A DNA stretch of 64,000 nt from an uncultured Gemmataceae bacterium (GTDB lineage Bacteria > Planctomycetota > Planctomycetia > Gemmatales > Gemmataceae): assembly GCA_963750165.1 (NCBI GenBank), contig CAVVPN010000003.1:1248001-1312000 (forward strand). Reading direction: 5' to 3'. Positions 27,156-37,420 of the stretch are shown here, piece after piece. Each line of letters starts with the position of its first letter. Position 1 is the first letter of the stretch. The notes under the pieces were generated by a model. It worked only from the letters and a program-made list of their open reading frames with translations. It searched no databases and was not told the DNA's origin. Both the position numbers and the translations under genes were made by a program.

Positions 27156-30100
27156 TCACGTCGCCGCATGGGCGTGCTCGGGCGGCGCTGCCGGGTGGTG
27201 CCCGTCCGCCGACGGTTCGGGCTGCTCCAGGCCCTCCGCCTTCGCCCGGCGATCAACCAACCGCTGGATCACGTAGAAGAACACGGGCGTCAGGAAGATA
27301 CCGAACAGCGTCACACCCAGCATGCCGCTGAACACCGCCGTGCCCAGCGCCCGCCGCATTTCCGCACCGGCCCCCTCCGAAATCACCAGCGGCAACACTC
27401 CCAGGATGAACGCGAAGCTCGTCATCATGATCGGCCGCAGCCGCAGCTTGCACGCCTCCAGCGTCGCCTCGTAGGGCTGCACTCCCGACTCGCGCTGCGC
27501 CTGCGCATATTCGACAATCAGGATGGCGTTCTTGCACGCCAGGCCGACCAGCACCACGAAGCCGATCTGCGTGAAGATGTTCACGTCCATGCGCGCCAGG
27601 ATGACGCCGGCGATGGCGCACAGCAGACACATGGGCACGACGAGAATCACCGCCAGCGGCAGCGACCAGCTCTCGTACTGCGCCGCCAGCACCAGGAACA
27701 CCAGCACCACCGCCAGAATGAAGACGTACATGGCCGTGTTGCCGGTCATCAGTTGCAGCAGCGCCAGTTCGGTCCATTCCGTGCGCATGCCCGGCTCCAG
27801 GTGCTCTTCCGTCGTCTGCCGCAGCGCCGCGATGGCCTGGCCGGAACTGACGCCGGGCGCCACGTTGGCGTTGACGGTCGCTGACTGGTACATGTTGTAG
27901 CGGATGATGATCGACGGCCCGGTCACGATCTTGACGCGCATCAGCGTGCCCAGCGGCACCATCGAGCCCCTGGAGTTGCGCACCTCCAGCAGGCGGATGT
28001 CGGACGCCTGCTGGCGGAAGCCTGGCGCCGCCTGCGCCGTCACCTGCCAGGTGCGGCCGAACTTGTTGAAGTCGTTGACGTACAGCGAACCCAGATTGAC
28101 CTGCAGCGTGTTGAACACCTCCGCCATCGAAACGCCCAGCGTCTCCGCCTTCTCGCGGTCGATGTCCAGGTACAGCCAGGGCGTGTTGGCCCGGAAGCTG
28201 GTGAACAGGCCCTGCAACTGGTGGCCGGCGTTGCCGTCCTCCACCACCTGGTCCGCCACGCTTTGCAGCTCGCCCATGCCGATGTCGCCGCGATCTTCGA
28301 TGACGATCTTGAAGCCGCCCGACGTACCCAGGCCCTCCACCGGCGGCGCCCCGAAGAGATTGACCTGGCCGTCCGGCACCGCCTTGCGCAGCGCTTCCTC
28401 CAGCCGCGCCGCGATCTCGTCGCTGGACATGCCCGGCCCGGTGCGGTGGTGGAAGTCGTCCAGCATCACGTACATCGCCCCGTAATTGGGGCCGTTGGCG
28501 CCCAGCACGATCGACTGGCCCGAGACGGCGACCGTATGCTTGACTCCGGGCGTATGACGCGCCACCTCGTCAATCCGCTTCATCGCTTCCTGCGTGCGCT
28601 CCACCGAGGCGGCGTCCGGCAATTGCAAATTGACCAGCAAATAGCCGCGGTCCTGCGCCGGGATGAAGCCCGTCGGCGTCACGCGGAAGGCGCCGTAGGT
28701 CAGCGCCAGCAGACCGCCGTAGACCAGCAGCACCAGCACGCTGACGCGCAGCAGCCGGCCCACCGAACGCGCGTACCAGCCGGTCGCCATGTCGAAGCCC
28801 TGGTTGAAGACGCGGAATGCCCAGGCCAGGATCACCTTGAGCACGTTGCCGAACACCCAGCCGAGCACGGCGCCGATCAGCGCGCCCGCAATGCCCGCCG
28901 CCAGCGTCGCCTGGCGCGTCAATTCCGCCACCTCCGCGGCCTCTTCCGCGTCAGCGGGGACGTAGATGTCGAACAACGAATTGACGTGCGGTTGCAGCAG
29001 GGGGCCGCCGAACTGGTAGCCGACCCAGCCGAGAATCAGCACGAACGCGAAGCGCGGCAGCGGCTCGACCTTGTTCTTCGCCCGCGGCTTGAGCAGCAGG
29101 GCTGCGAGGGCGGGGCTGAGTGTCAGCGAGTTAAACGCGGAGATGACGGTCGAGACGGCGATGGTTAGCGCGAACTGCCGGAAGAACTGCCCCGTGATGC
29201 CGGTGATGAACGCACACGGCACGAACACCGCCGACAGCACCAGGCCGACCGCGATGACCGGGCCGGACACCTGCTCCATCGCCCGGATGGTCGCGTCGCG
29301 TGGGGCCATGCCGTGCTCGATGTGGTGCTCGACCGCCTCCACCACGACAATGGCGTCATCGACGACGATACCAATCGCCAGCACCAGGCCGAACAGCGTC
29401 AGGTTGTTCAGCGAAAAGCCGGCCGCGGACATGACCGCGAAGGTGCCGATGATCGCCACCGGCACCGCCACCAGCGGGATCACCGCCGACCGCCAGTTCT
29501 GCAGGAACAGCAGCACCACCACCGCCACCAGGATGACCGCGTCGCGCAGCGTATTGAAAACTTCGTTGATCGACTCCTGGATGAACGGTGTCGTGTCGTA
29601 AACGATGTCGTACTCGATGTCGTCGGGGAAGCGCTGCCGCAGGTCCTGCATGCGTTCGCGCACGGAGCGGGCCACGTCCAGAGCGTTGGAGCCGGGCAGC
29701 TGGTAGACCGACAGCGCCACCGAATCGCGGCCGTCCAGCCAGCACACCTGGTCGTAGGACTGAGCGCCCAGCTCGACGCCCTTGAGGTCCTTGGTGTCGC
29801 TGACGACCACGTCGCGCAGGCGGATGAGGCGGCCAACGTTCGTTTTCAGGATCATTTCCTGGAACTGCTCGGGGTCCGCCAGACGGCCGCGCGTTGTCAG
29901 GGTGAACTGAAACGCCTGGCCGCGCGGCACCGGTGGCTGACCAATCTGGCCAGCGGCTACCTGGGCGTTCTGCTGCTGCACCGCGTTGACCACATCGCTG
30001 GCGCTGATGTTGCGCGCGGCCATCTTCTGCGGGTCGAGCCAGATGCGCATGCTGTAATCGCGCTGGCCGAGATAGGTGATGTCGCCGATGCCCGGCAGCC

Positions 30101-30605
30101 GGGCCAGTTCGTCGCGTAGCTGGATGGTGGCGTAGTTGCTCAGGTCGAGGCTGTTGCGCGTGCCTTTGGGCGAATACAGGTTGACGATCATCAGCTGGCT
30201 GGGCGACTTCTTCTTGACGGTGATGCCGCGGCGCTTCACCAGGTCGGGCAGGATCGGCTGCGCCAGGGCGACGCGGTTCTGCACCAGCACCTGGGCGATG
30301 TTCAGGTCGGTGCCCAGCTTGAAGGTGATCGACAGCGTGTAGGTGCCGTCGTTGGTGCATTGCGACGACATGTACATCATGCCCTCGACGCCGTTGACCT
30401 GTTGCTCGACGGGAGCCGCGACGGTGTCGGCGACCACCTGGGCGTTGGCGCCGGGGTAGCTGGCGGACACCTCCACCGTCGGTGGCGTGATTTCGGGGTA
30501 CTGGGCGATCGGCAGGTTCAGCAGCGCAATGGCGCCCGCCAGGGTGACGACGATGGACAGCACCGAGGCGAAGATCGGTCGGTCGATGAAGAAGCGCGAG
30601 AACAC
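27156..30605 (-). CDS. RND efflux permease (HAE1 family), second subunit
   Basis: MFSRFFIDRPIFA, GIVVDDAIVVVE, LAAQYESW, KNAILIVE, RLRPIMMTS. Confidence 0.96.
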   Translation of the reverse strand: MFSRFFIDRPIFASVLSIVVTLAGAIALLNLPIAQYPEITPPTVEVSASYPGANAQVVADTVAAPVEQQVNGVEGMMYMSSQCTNDGTYTLSITFKLGTDLNIAQVLVQNRVALAQPILPDLVKRRGITVKKKSPSQLMIVNLYSPKGTRNSLDLSNYATIQLRDELARLPGIGDITYLGQRDYSMRIWLDPQKMAARNISASDVVNAVQQQNAQVAAGQIGQPPVPRGQAFQFTLTTRGRLADPEQFQEMILKTNVGRLIRLRDVVVSDTKDLKGVELGAQSYDQVCWLDGRDSVALSVYQLPGSNALDVARSVRERMQDLRQRFPDDIEYDIVYDTTPFIQESINEVFNTLRDAVILVAVVVLLFLQNWRSAVIPLVAVPVAIIGTFAVMSAAGFSLNNLTLFGLVLAIGIVVDDAIVVVEAVEHHIEHGMAPRDATIRAMEQVSGPVIAVGLVLSAVFVPCAFITGITGQFFRQFALTIAVSTVISAFNSLTLSPALAALLLKPRAKNKVEPLPRFAFVLILGWVGYQFGGPLLQPHVNSLFDIYVPADAEEAAEVAELTRQATLAAGIAGALIGAVLGWVFGNVLKVILAWAFRVFNQGFDMATGWYARSVGRLLRVSVLVLLVYGGLLALTYGAFRVTPTGFIPAQDRGYLLVNLQLPDAASVERTQEAMKRIDEVARHTPGVKHTVAVSGQSIVLGANGPNYGAMYVMLDDFHHRTGPGMSSDEIAARLEEALRKAVPDGQVNLFGAPPVEGLGTSGGFKIVIEDRGDIGMGELQSVADQVVEDGNAGHQLQGLFTSFRANTPWLYLDIDREKAETLGVSMAEVFNTLQVNLGSLYVNDFNKFGRTWQVTAQAAPGFRQQASDIRLLEVRNSRGSMVPLGTLMRVKIVTGPSIIIRYNMYQSATVNANVAPGVSSGQAIAALRQTTEEHLEPGMRTEWTELALLQLMTGNTAMYVFILAVVLVFLVLAAQYESWSLPLAVILVVPMCLLCAIAGVILARMDVNIFTQIGFVVLVGLACKNAILIVEYAQAQRESGVQPYEATLEACKLRLRPIMMTSFAFILGVLPLVISEGAGAEMRRALGTAVFSGMLGVTLFGIFLTPVFFYVIQRLVDRRAKAEGLEQPEPSADGHHPAAPPEHAHAAT

Positions 30606-30648
30606 GGATAGACCTCACATCACCTCGGGGGACTGAAACGCTGCTTTC

Positions 30649-30710
30649 GTGGGGCAGACATTTCTGTCTGCCGTCTTTAAAAGTTCGGCAGACAGGAATG
30701 TCTGCCCCAC
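30649..30710. repeat. REP doublet (GTGG-type), family G
   Basis: gtggggcagacatttctgtctgcc...ggcagacaggaatgtctgccccac. Confidence 0.85.
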
Positions 30711-30722
30711 GACCGGAGCCGC

Positions 30723-33700
30723 TCACCCGGCGCCGCCGTCCGGCCGCCACGGCGGACCCTCGGGGTGGCCGTTCGCCTGGGGCGGCGCTTCCGGCGGCGC
30801 AGGCGGCGGCCCGTCGGCCGGGGGCGGCAGGCGGTTCGCCGGCCCAGCCTGGATGCCCGTGTCCCGCGGCGCTGCCGGCGGTTTCGGCGGCCGCGGCGGC
30901 AGCAGTGCCAGGAGTTCGCGGCGGCGCAGCTCACGGAAGCCCCACAGCAGCAGCCAGGCCACGCCCAGCGTGCCCACCATCAGCAGGTAGAACAGCACGG
31001 TGCCGACCGTCCGCATCGGCAACGACGCGAACAGCCGCGAATGGCCCAGCCAGTCGATGACGTAGAAGAACACGGGCGTCAGGAAGATGCCGAACAGCGT
31101 CACGCCCAGCATGCCGCTGAACACCGCCGTGCCCAGCGTCTGCCGCATCTCCGCGCCGGCACCCTCGGACACCAGCAGCGGCACCACGCCGAGGATGAAC
31201 GCGAAGCTCGTCATCAGGATCGGCCGCAACCGCAGCCGGCACGCCTCTAGCGTCGCCCGGAAACGGTCCTCGCCCGCCTCGCGCTTGTGCTTGGCGAACT
31301 CGACGATCAAAATCGCGTTCTTGCTCGCCAGACCGACCAGCACCACGAAGCCGATCTGTGTAAATATGTTGATGTCCGACTTGGTGACGACGACGCCGAC
31401 CAGCGAACCGAGGATGCACATGGGCACAACGAGGATGACAGCCAGCGGCAGCGACCAGCTCTCGTACTGGGCCGCCAGTACCAGGAACACGAACAGCACT
31501 GACAGCCCGAAGATGACGCCGGCGGTGTTGCCCGAGGTCAGCTGGATGTACGAAATCTCAGTCCACTCGATGGCCATGTCGCGCGGCAGCGTGCGGTCGG
31601 CAACGCCCTGCACGAGGTTAATGCCGTCGCCGGAACTGACGCCCGGCGCCGCGGCGCCGTTGACGATGGCGGCCGGGTACATGTTGTAGCGCGTCACCAG
31701 CAGCGGGCCGTTGATCTCCTTGACCGTGGCCACGGCGCCCAGCGGCACCATGCCGCCTTTGGCGTTGCGCACCTTCAGGTTCTTGACATCCTCCACCTCG
31801 TTGCGGAACGGGGCGTCCGCCTGCACGATCACCTGCCAGGTGCGGCCGAATTTGTTGAAATCGTTGACGTACAGCGAGCCCAGGTACACCTGCAGCGTGT
31901 CGAACACGGCCTGCAACTCCACCTCCATCATGGAGCACTGCGCGCGGTTCACGTCCACGAACAGTTGCGGCGAGTTGGCGCGGAAGACCGTGAACTGGGG
32001 GAGCAGCCCCGGCGTGCGATTGCACTCGTCAATGACCTTGTTGGCCTGATTCTCCAGGGCGACCAGGCCCAGATCGCCGCGGTCCTCGACGACGTACTTG
32101 AAGCCGCCGCCGATGCCCAGGCCCTGCACCGGCGCCGGGCCGAACACGGCGCAATTCGCCTCGGGCACCTGCTCCGCCAACCTGGCGCGCAGCTTGCCCG
32201 CGATCACCTCGCTGTACAGCTCCGGCTCCCGCCGTTCGTGGAAATCGTTCAGCATCAGGAACATTTGCCCGAAATTGGAGCCGTTGGCTCCCAGCACGAA
32301 CGACTGACCGCTGATGGAAATGGTGCTCTCGACGCCCGGTTCCGCCTTGCAAATTTTGTCCACGCGCTCCACGACGCGGCGCGTCCGCTCCAGCGAGGCG
32401 GCGTCGGGCAGTTGCACGCTGATGAACAGCACGCCCTTGTCCTGCGACGGGATGTAACCGAGCGGCAGCCCGCTGGACGGGTCGAACGACCCCAGCCGTT
32501 TGCGGGCCAGGTCGAACGCGGCCGGCTTGCCGTCCGCCGGCGCCGCGCCGCCGTTGCCGACGTGGTTAATCAGCCCGATCAGTGGCTGCGGCAGGCCGCG
32601 AAAGCCCACCACGGTCAGGCCCACCAGGCCAACATATAGCACCAGCACGATCACACAGGTGCGCAGCGCCACCTTGACCATCCAGGTGTAAACGTTGGTC
32701 GTTTTGGTGAAGGCGAAGTTGAACAGGCGGAAGAAGCGCGCCAGCACGAAGTTGAGCGGCCGAGCGAAGACGCCGCCGAACAGTGCTCCGAGGAGGATGG
32801 CGGCGCCGCGGGCGTACCACTCGCTCTGCTGCAGCAGCGCCGCCGTGTTCTCCTCCCAATCCTTCAGGGACTCGATCGCGGCCTGCAGCGCCGGCACCAG
32901 CAGCAGCAGGCCGAGGCCGCCGCCCATGAGCGCGAGCACCCACCACGGCATACGTTCGGTCTGCCCGCGGGTGCGCGGCTTGAGCAGCAGGGCTGCCAGG
33001 GCGGGGCTGAGTGTCAGCGAGTTGAACGCGGAGATGACGGTCGAGACGGCGATGGTCAGCGCGAACTGACGGAAGAACTGCCCCGTGATGCCGGTGATGA
33101 ACGCACACGGCACGAACACCGCCGACAGTACCAGCGCCACCGCGACGACCGGGCCGGACACTTCCTGCATGGCCCGGATGGTCGCGTCGCGCGGAGTCAT
33201 GCCGTGCTCGATGTGATGTTCGACCGCCTCCACCACGACGATGGCGTCATCAACGACGATGCCGATCGCCAGCACCAGGCCGAACAGCGTCAGGTTGTTC
33301 AGCGAGAAGCCGATGGCCGCCATCGCCGCGAAGGTGCCGACGATGGCCACCGGCACCGCGCACAGCGGAATGATGGTGGACCGCCAGTTCTGCAGGAAGA
33401 GCAGCACCACCAGGGCGACGAGGATGGTCGCGTCGCGCAACGTCTTGACGACCTCGTTGACGGACTCCTTGATGAACGGCGTGGTGTCGTACTTGATGGC
33501 GTAATCGACGCCGGCCGGGAAATCTTTCTTGAGTTCCTCCATCTTGGCGCGGACGCGCTCGGCGGTGTCCAGGGCGTTGGCGTCCGGCAGCTGGAAGACG
33601 GCCAGGTTGGCGGTGGGCATACCGTTCAGCTTCGAGAGGATGTCCTGGCTCTTGGGCCCGACCTCGGCGCGGCCCACGTCCTTGACGCGGAGCATGCGGC

Positions 33701-34475
33701 CGTCTGGTGAGGTGCGGATGACAATGTGGTCGAACTGCTCCGGCGTGTCCAGGCGGCCGAGCGTGGACAGCGTGATCTGCTGGCGCTGACCGCGCGGGGC
33801 GGGCGGCTGGCCGGTCATGCCGACGGGGGCCTGGGTGTTCTGGCTGCGCACCGCCGCCGTCACGTCGCCGGCGCTGAGGCTGTGCGCTGCCATGCGATCC
33901 GGGTCGAGCCAGATCCGCATGCTGTAGTCGAGCTGGCCGAAGATAATCACGTCGCCGACGCCATCGACACGGGCCATCTCGTCCTTGACGTACAGCGTGG
34001 TGTAGTTGCTCAGATAGAGTTGATCGCGGCTCTTGTCGGGCGAGATCATGCTGACCAGCAGCAGAATGTCCGGCGAGCGCTTGCGGGTGAGTACGCCGGT
34101 CTGTTTGACCACCTCGGGCAACAGCGGCAGCGCCAGGTTGACGCGGTTCTGCACCAGCACCTGCGCGAAGTTCAGGTTGACGCCCGGCTTGAAGGTGACG
34201 GTCAGCGTGTAGGCGCCGTCGTTGGTCGATTGCGAGGACATGTAGAGCATGTTCTCGACGCCGTTGACCTGCTGCTCGATGGGGGCGGCGATGGTTTCGG
34301 AGACGACCTGGGCGCTGGCGCCGGGGTAGTTGCAATTGACGATGATGCTCGGCGGCGTGATCGGCGGGTACTGCGCCAGCGGCAGGTTCAACAGCGACAC
34401 GCCGCCCGCCAGGGTGATGACGATGGACAGCACCGTGGCGAAGATGGGCCGGTCGATGAAGAAGCGCGAGAACAT
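30723..34475 (-). CDS. RND efflux permease (HAE1 family), first subunit, with extra TM segments and Pro-rich tail
   Basis: Same RND motifs as the downstream paralogue. Confidence 0.96.
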   Translation of the reverse strand: MFSRFFIDRPIFATVLSIVITLAGGVSLLNLPLAQYPPITPPSIIVNCNYPGASAQVVSETIAAPIEQQVNGVENMLYMSSQSTNDGAYTLTVTFKPGVNLNFAQVLVQNRVNLALPLLPEVVKQTGVLTRKRSPDILLLVSMISPDKSRDQLYLSNYTTLYVKDEMARVDGVGDVIIFGQLDYSMRIWLDPDRMAAHSLSAGDVTAAVRSQNTQAPVGMTGQPPAPRGQRQQITLSTLGRLDTPEQFDHIVIRTSPDGRMLRVKDVGRAEVGPKSQDILSKLNGMPTANLAVFQLPDANALDTAERVRAKMEELKKDFPAGVDYAIKYDTTPFIKESVNEVVKTLRDATILVALVVLLFLQNWRSTIIPLCAVPVAIVGTFAAMAAIGFSLNNLTLFGLVLAIGIVVDDAIVVVEAVEHHIEHGMTPRDATIRAMQEVSGPVVAVALVLSAVFVPCAFITGITGQFFRQFALTIAVSTVISAFNSLTLSPALAALLLKPRTRGQTERMPWWVLALMGGGLGLLLLVPALQAAIESLKDWEENTAALLQQSEWYARGAAILLGALFGGVFARPLNFVLARFFRLFNFAFTKTTNVYTWMVKVALRTCVIVLVLYVGLVGLTVVGFRGLPQPLIGLINHVGNGGAAPADGKPAAFDLARKRLGSFDPSSGLPLGYIPSQDKGVLFISVQLPDAASLERTRRVVERVDKICKAEPGVESTISISGQSFVLGANGSNFGQMFLMLNDFHERREPELYSEVIAGKLRARLAEQVPEANCAVFGPAPVQGLGIGGGFKYVVEDRGDLGLVALENQANKVIDECNRTPGLLPQFTVFRANSPQLFVDVNRAQCSMMEVELQAVFDTLQVYLGSLYVNDFNKFGRTWQVIVQADAPFRNEVEDVKNLKVRNAKGGMVPLGAVATVKEINGPLLVTRYNMYPAAIVNGAAAPGVSSGDGINLVQGVADRTLPRDMAIEWTEISYIQLTSGNTAGVIFGLSVLFVFLVLAAQYESWSLPLAVILVVPMCILGSLVGVVVTKSDINIFTQIGFVVLVGLASKNAILIVEFAKHKREAGEDRFRATLEACRLRLRPILMTSFAFILGVVPLLVSEGAGAEMRQTLGTAVFSGMLGVTLFGIFLTPVFFYVIDWLGHSRLFASLPMRTVGTVLFYLLMVGTLGVAWLLLWGFRELRRRELLALLPPRPPKPPAAPRDTGIQAGPANRLPPPADGPPPAPPEAPPQANGHPEGPPWRPDGGAG

Positions 34476-34509
34476 GCCCGATCCCTTGATTGCAAATATT
34501 AGGTTCGCA

Positions 34510-34786
34510 GTACCGCCTTTAGGCGGAATCAGCGCGTCCGGTTCCGGCTAGAGCGGTTCGCGTTTGGGTAGCGCACAAGTCGTGGGACGGCTCTCCAGAG
34601 CCGTCAGCGTTCTCCCGACGGCTCTGGAGAGCCGTCCCACGACTTGTAGTCCACGCGACTGGGAACCGCTCTAGAGCGGTTCGCAGTTGGGTGTAGCGGA
34701 AGTCGCCAGACTTCCGTCCGGTGCTGCTCGGAAGTCTGGCGACTTCCGCTACACCCATTCGCAATCTGCAATAAAGCCGGTACTAC
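34510..34786. repeat. Nested REP/MITE cluster
   Basis: Outer gtaccgcctttaggcgg...taaagccggtactac arms; inner 119-bp element 34552-34670 flanked by CTAG with agcggttc/gaaccgct ends; second REP doublet at ~34689-34756. Confidence 0.8.
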
Positions 34787-34824
34787 GAACAGGGGTCTTT
34801 CAATTTGCAATCTGCAATTTGCAA

Positions 34825-36090
34825 TTATTTGGCGTTGGTGACGAGCGTCTTGCGGTTGCCGGTGTAGTCCTCCATCGGCACCGGGTTGCTCGGCTGCACC
34901 GGCATACCGGCGCGAATGCTTTGCAGCCGCGTCACCACGACGCGGTCCTCCCGGGTGACGCCTTCCTCGATGACGCGCATGCCGTCCGCTTGCAGCGCGC
35001 CGATCTTGACCGTCTTCTGCACCACCTTGTCATCCTTGCCCACGACGTAAACGACCTTGCGGCCCTGGTCGGTGCCCAGGGCGGCCTCGGCGACCAGCAG
35101 CACCTTGTGCGGCCGGCCGATCGGCACCTGCACGCGCACGAACATGCCCGGCGACAGCAACCGCGTCAGGTTTGGGAAGACGCCGCGCGCCCGCAGCGTA
35201 CCGGTCAGCGAATCGACCTGGTTATCGACGAAATTCACGGCGCCCTTGTGCGGGTAGCTGTCCTCATCCGCCAGCCCCATGTGGACCGTCACCCGGCTGA
35301 AGCCGTGCGCCCCGGCGATGAAGCCGGCGCCCGGCACCAGATGGCCCAGGCCCACCAGCGCCGGCACCCGCGGAATGCGGGCGCTGGACACCTTGCCCTC
35401 CTCGACGAGCCGGCGCACGCGCAGCATGGTGCGCTCGTCCACGAAGAAGGTGGCGTACATCGGCTCCAGCGAAACGAGGTTGGTCAGCACCGTCTCGTTG
35501 GCCTTGACGATGTTGCCCGGATCGACCTGGCGCTTGCTGATGCGGCCGCTGAGCGGAGCGCGGATTTCGGTGTAGGCGAAGGTCACGCGCGCCATGGCCA
35601 GGCTGGCCTCGGAGACCAGGACCTGGGCCCTGGCCACCTCGAAGTCGCGGATGGCCTTGTCCTTGTCCTGGGCACTGATGCCCTTCTCGGCCTTGGTGGC
35701 GCGGTTGTAGTCGCGTTCGGCGCCGCGCAGGTCCGCCCGGGCCCGCTCCAGATCGGCCTCCGCCTTGTCCAGGTCGGCCTTGAAGGGGGCCTGCTGGATC
35801 TTGAAGAGCAGCATGCCCTCCTCAACGTCCTGGCCCTCCTCGAAGTACGCCGCCTCCAGGTTACCGGTGACCTGCGGCTTGATGTCCACGTTGCGGTACG
35901 GCTCGGTGCGGCCGGTGAAGACCTCGTGGTCGGTGACGGTGCGCGTGATCGGGTAGCTGACGCGCACGTCGAGTGGCTTCAGGTGCTTCTTGGTGTCTGC
36001 TTCGCTGCAGCCCAGCACGGCGACGCCGGTACACAGCGTCAGCGCAAACAGACCGCCGCGCCAGGGGATGGTCCGCGCCGCGCGGCGCAC
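34825..36090 (-). CDS. RND membrane fusion protein (lipoprotein); true start may be ATG 36107 via a G-run indel
   Basis: Lipobox VLGC, IRAPLSGRIS, FVDNQVD..TGTLRARG, PGMFVRV. Confidence 0.92.
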   Translation of the reverse strand: MRRAARTIPWRGGLFALTLCTGVAVLGCSEADTKKHLKPLDVRVSYPITRTVTDHEVFTGRTEPYRNVDIKPQVTGNLEAAYFEEGQDVEEGMLLFKIQQAPFKADLDKAEADLERARADLRGAERDYNRATKAEKGISAQDKDKAIRDFEVARAQVLVSEASLAMARVTFAYTEIRAPLSGRISKRQVDPGNIVKANETVLTNLVSLEPMYATFFVDERTMLRVRRLVEEGKVSSARIPRVPALVGLGHLVPGAGFIAGAHGFSRVTVHMGLADEDSYPHKGAVNFVDNQVDSLTGTLRARGVFPNLTRLLSPGMFVRVQVPIGRPHKVLLVAEAALGTDQGRKVVYVVGKDDKVVQKTVKIGALQADGMRVIEEGVTREDRVVVTRLQSIRAGMPVQPSNPVPMEDYTGNRKTLVTNAK

Positions 36091-36230
36091 AGGGGGATGA
36101 AGGGCATGCTTTCGACTCCTGCTGCCGATAGGTCGTGGCCCGTGCCGCCGTCTTGCGGACTGACTGGTCAGTCAGATTAGTTATAGCCGAGGGGATCGCC
36201 AAAGGGAAGAGCTTCCGTGGTGCAGGCGGC

Positions 36231-37142
36231 TCATCTGCCCAGCAGTTCGCGGGCGCCGCTCGCCAGCAGTTGCTCGGCCAGCCGCTGGCCCAGTTCCTCC
36301 GCGGTCCCGATGCCGCCGGCGATGTCCGCCTCGATACGCCGCTTGCCGTCCGGGTCGATGACCACGCCGCGCAGCGTCAGCCGCTCGTCCGTCACCACCG
36401 TCGCGGCGCCGACCGGCACCTGACAGCCGCCGCCCAGGCCGCGCAGCAGCGCCCGCTCCGCCAGCACCGCGGCCCGCGTCGCCGCGTCGTTCAGCGGCCC
36501 CAGCAGCGCCCGCGTCCGCTCGTCGTCGGCCCGACACTCCAGCCCCAGCGCCCCCTGACCAACCGCCGGCAACATCCACATCGGGTCCAGGATTTCCGTG
36601 ATCGCGTCCTGCAACCCCAGCCGCTCCAGGCCCGCCTGCGCCAGCACGGTCGCGTCCAGCCCCTGCTCGTCCAGCTTGCGCAGCCGCGTCTCGACGTTGC
36701 CGCGGATGTTGACCAGGTGCAGGTCCGGCCGCCGGTGCAGCAGCTGCGCCCGCCGTCGCAGACTGCTGGTCGCCACCGTCGCGCCCGGCGGCAGCGCGGC
36801 GAAGGAGCGGTGGCGCTTCGAGACAAAGGCGTCACCGGTTGGGCCGCGGCGCGGCACCGCGGCCAGGATGAGCCCCTCGACCGCGAACGTCGGCAGGTCT
36901 TTCAGGCTGTGAACGGCCACGTCCACACTGCCGATCTGCAGAGAACGTTGAATCTCCTTGGTGAACAGACCGTCGCCGCCGAGCTGCGCCAGCGGCGCGT
37001 CGCGCACCTGGTCGCCGGTGGTCTCGATCTCCACCAGTTCGACGGGCTGCTGCGGCGCGACGGTGTGGAGTAGCGCGGTAACGTGATGGGCCTGCCACAG
37101 GGCCAGTGGGCTGCCACGGGTGCCGATGCGAAGAGGGGTCAT
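36231..37142 (-). CDS. hemC: Hydroxymethylbilane synthase (porphobilinogen deaminase)
   Basis: IGTRGSPLALWQA, GLFTKE, AVHSLKDLP, TSSLRR, RGNVETRL, GGCQVP. Confidence 0.98.
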   Translation of the reverse strand: MTPLRIGTRGSPLALWQAHHVTALLHTVAPQQPVELVEIETTGDQVRDAPLAQLGGDGLFTKEIQRSLQIGSVDVAVHSLKDLPTFAVEGLILAAVPRRGPTGDAFVSKRHRSFAALPPGATVATSSLRRRAQLLHRRPDLHLVNIRGNVETRLRKLDEQGLDATVLAQAGLERLGLQDAITEILDPMWMLPAVGQGALGLECRADDERTRALLGPLNDAATRAAVLAERALLRGLGGGCQVPVGAATVVTDERLTLRGVVIDPDGKRRIEADIAGGIGTAEELGQRLAEQLLASGARELLGR

Positions 37143-37170
37143 GGTGTTCTGCCGCCTGCGATCCAGCGAA

Positions 37171-37384
37171 TCTTTGCCCCGAAGGGGCCGAACAACTTAG
37201 CCCAGGGCAACGCCCTGGGAACCGGGAAGGACCCCCATCCGTTCTTTTACCCGCCCCGAAGGGGCACAACAACCATCGTTGTCCCGCCCCTTCAGGGCGG
37301 GGAAGAAAGAGGGGTTGGGGTTGGCCGTCGCGTCCCCAGGGCGTTGCCCTGGGCTAAGTTGTTCGGCCCCCTTCGGGGCAAAGA
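37171..37384. repeat. Large composite palindrome, family D (uninterrupted copy)
   Basis: gccccgaaggggccgaacaacttagcccagggcaacgccctggg...cccagggcgttgccctgggctaagttgttcggcccccttcggggc; second copy at 47226-47585. Confidence 0.9.
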
Positions 37385-37420
37385 AGAGAAGGGATCTGGT
37401 CCACTCCCAAGTTCCCAAGG

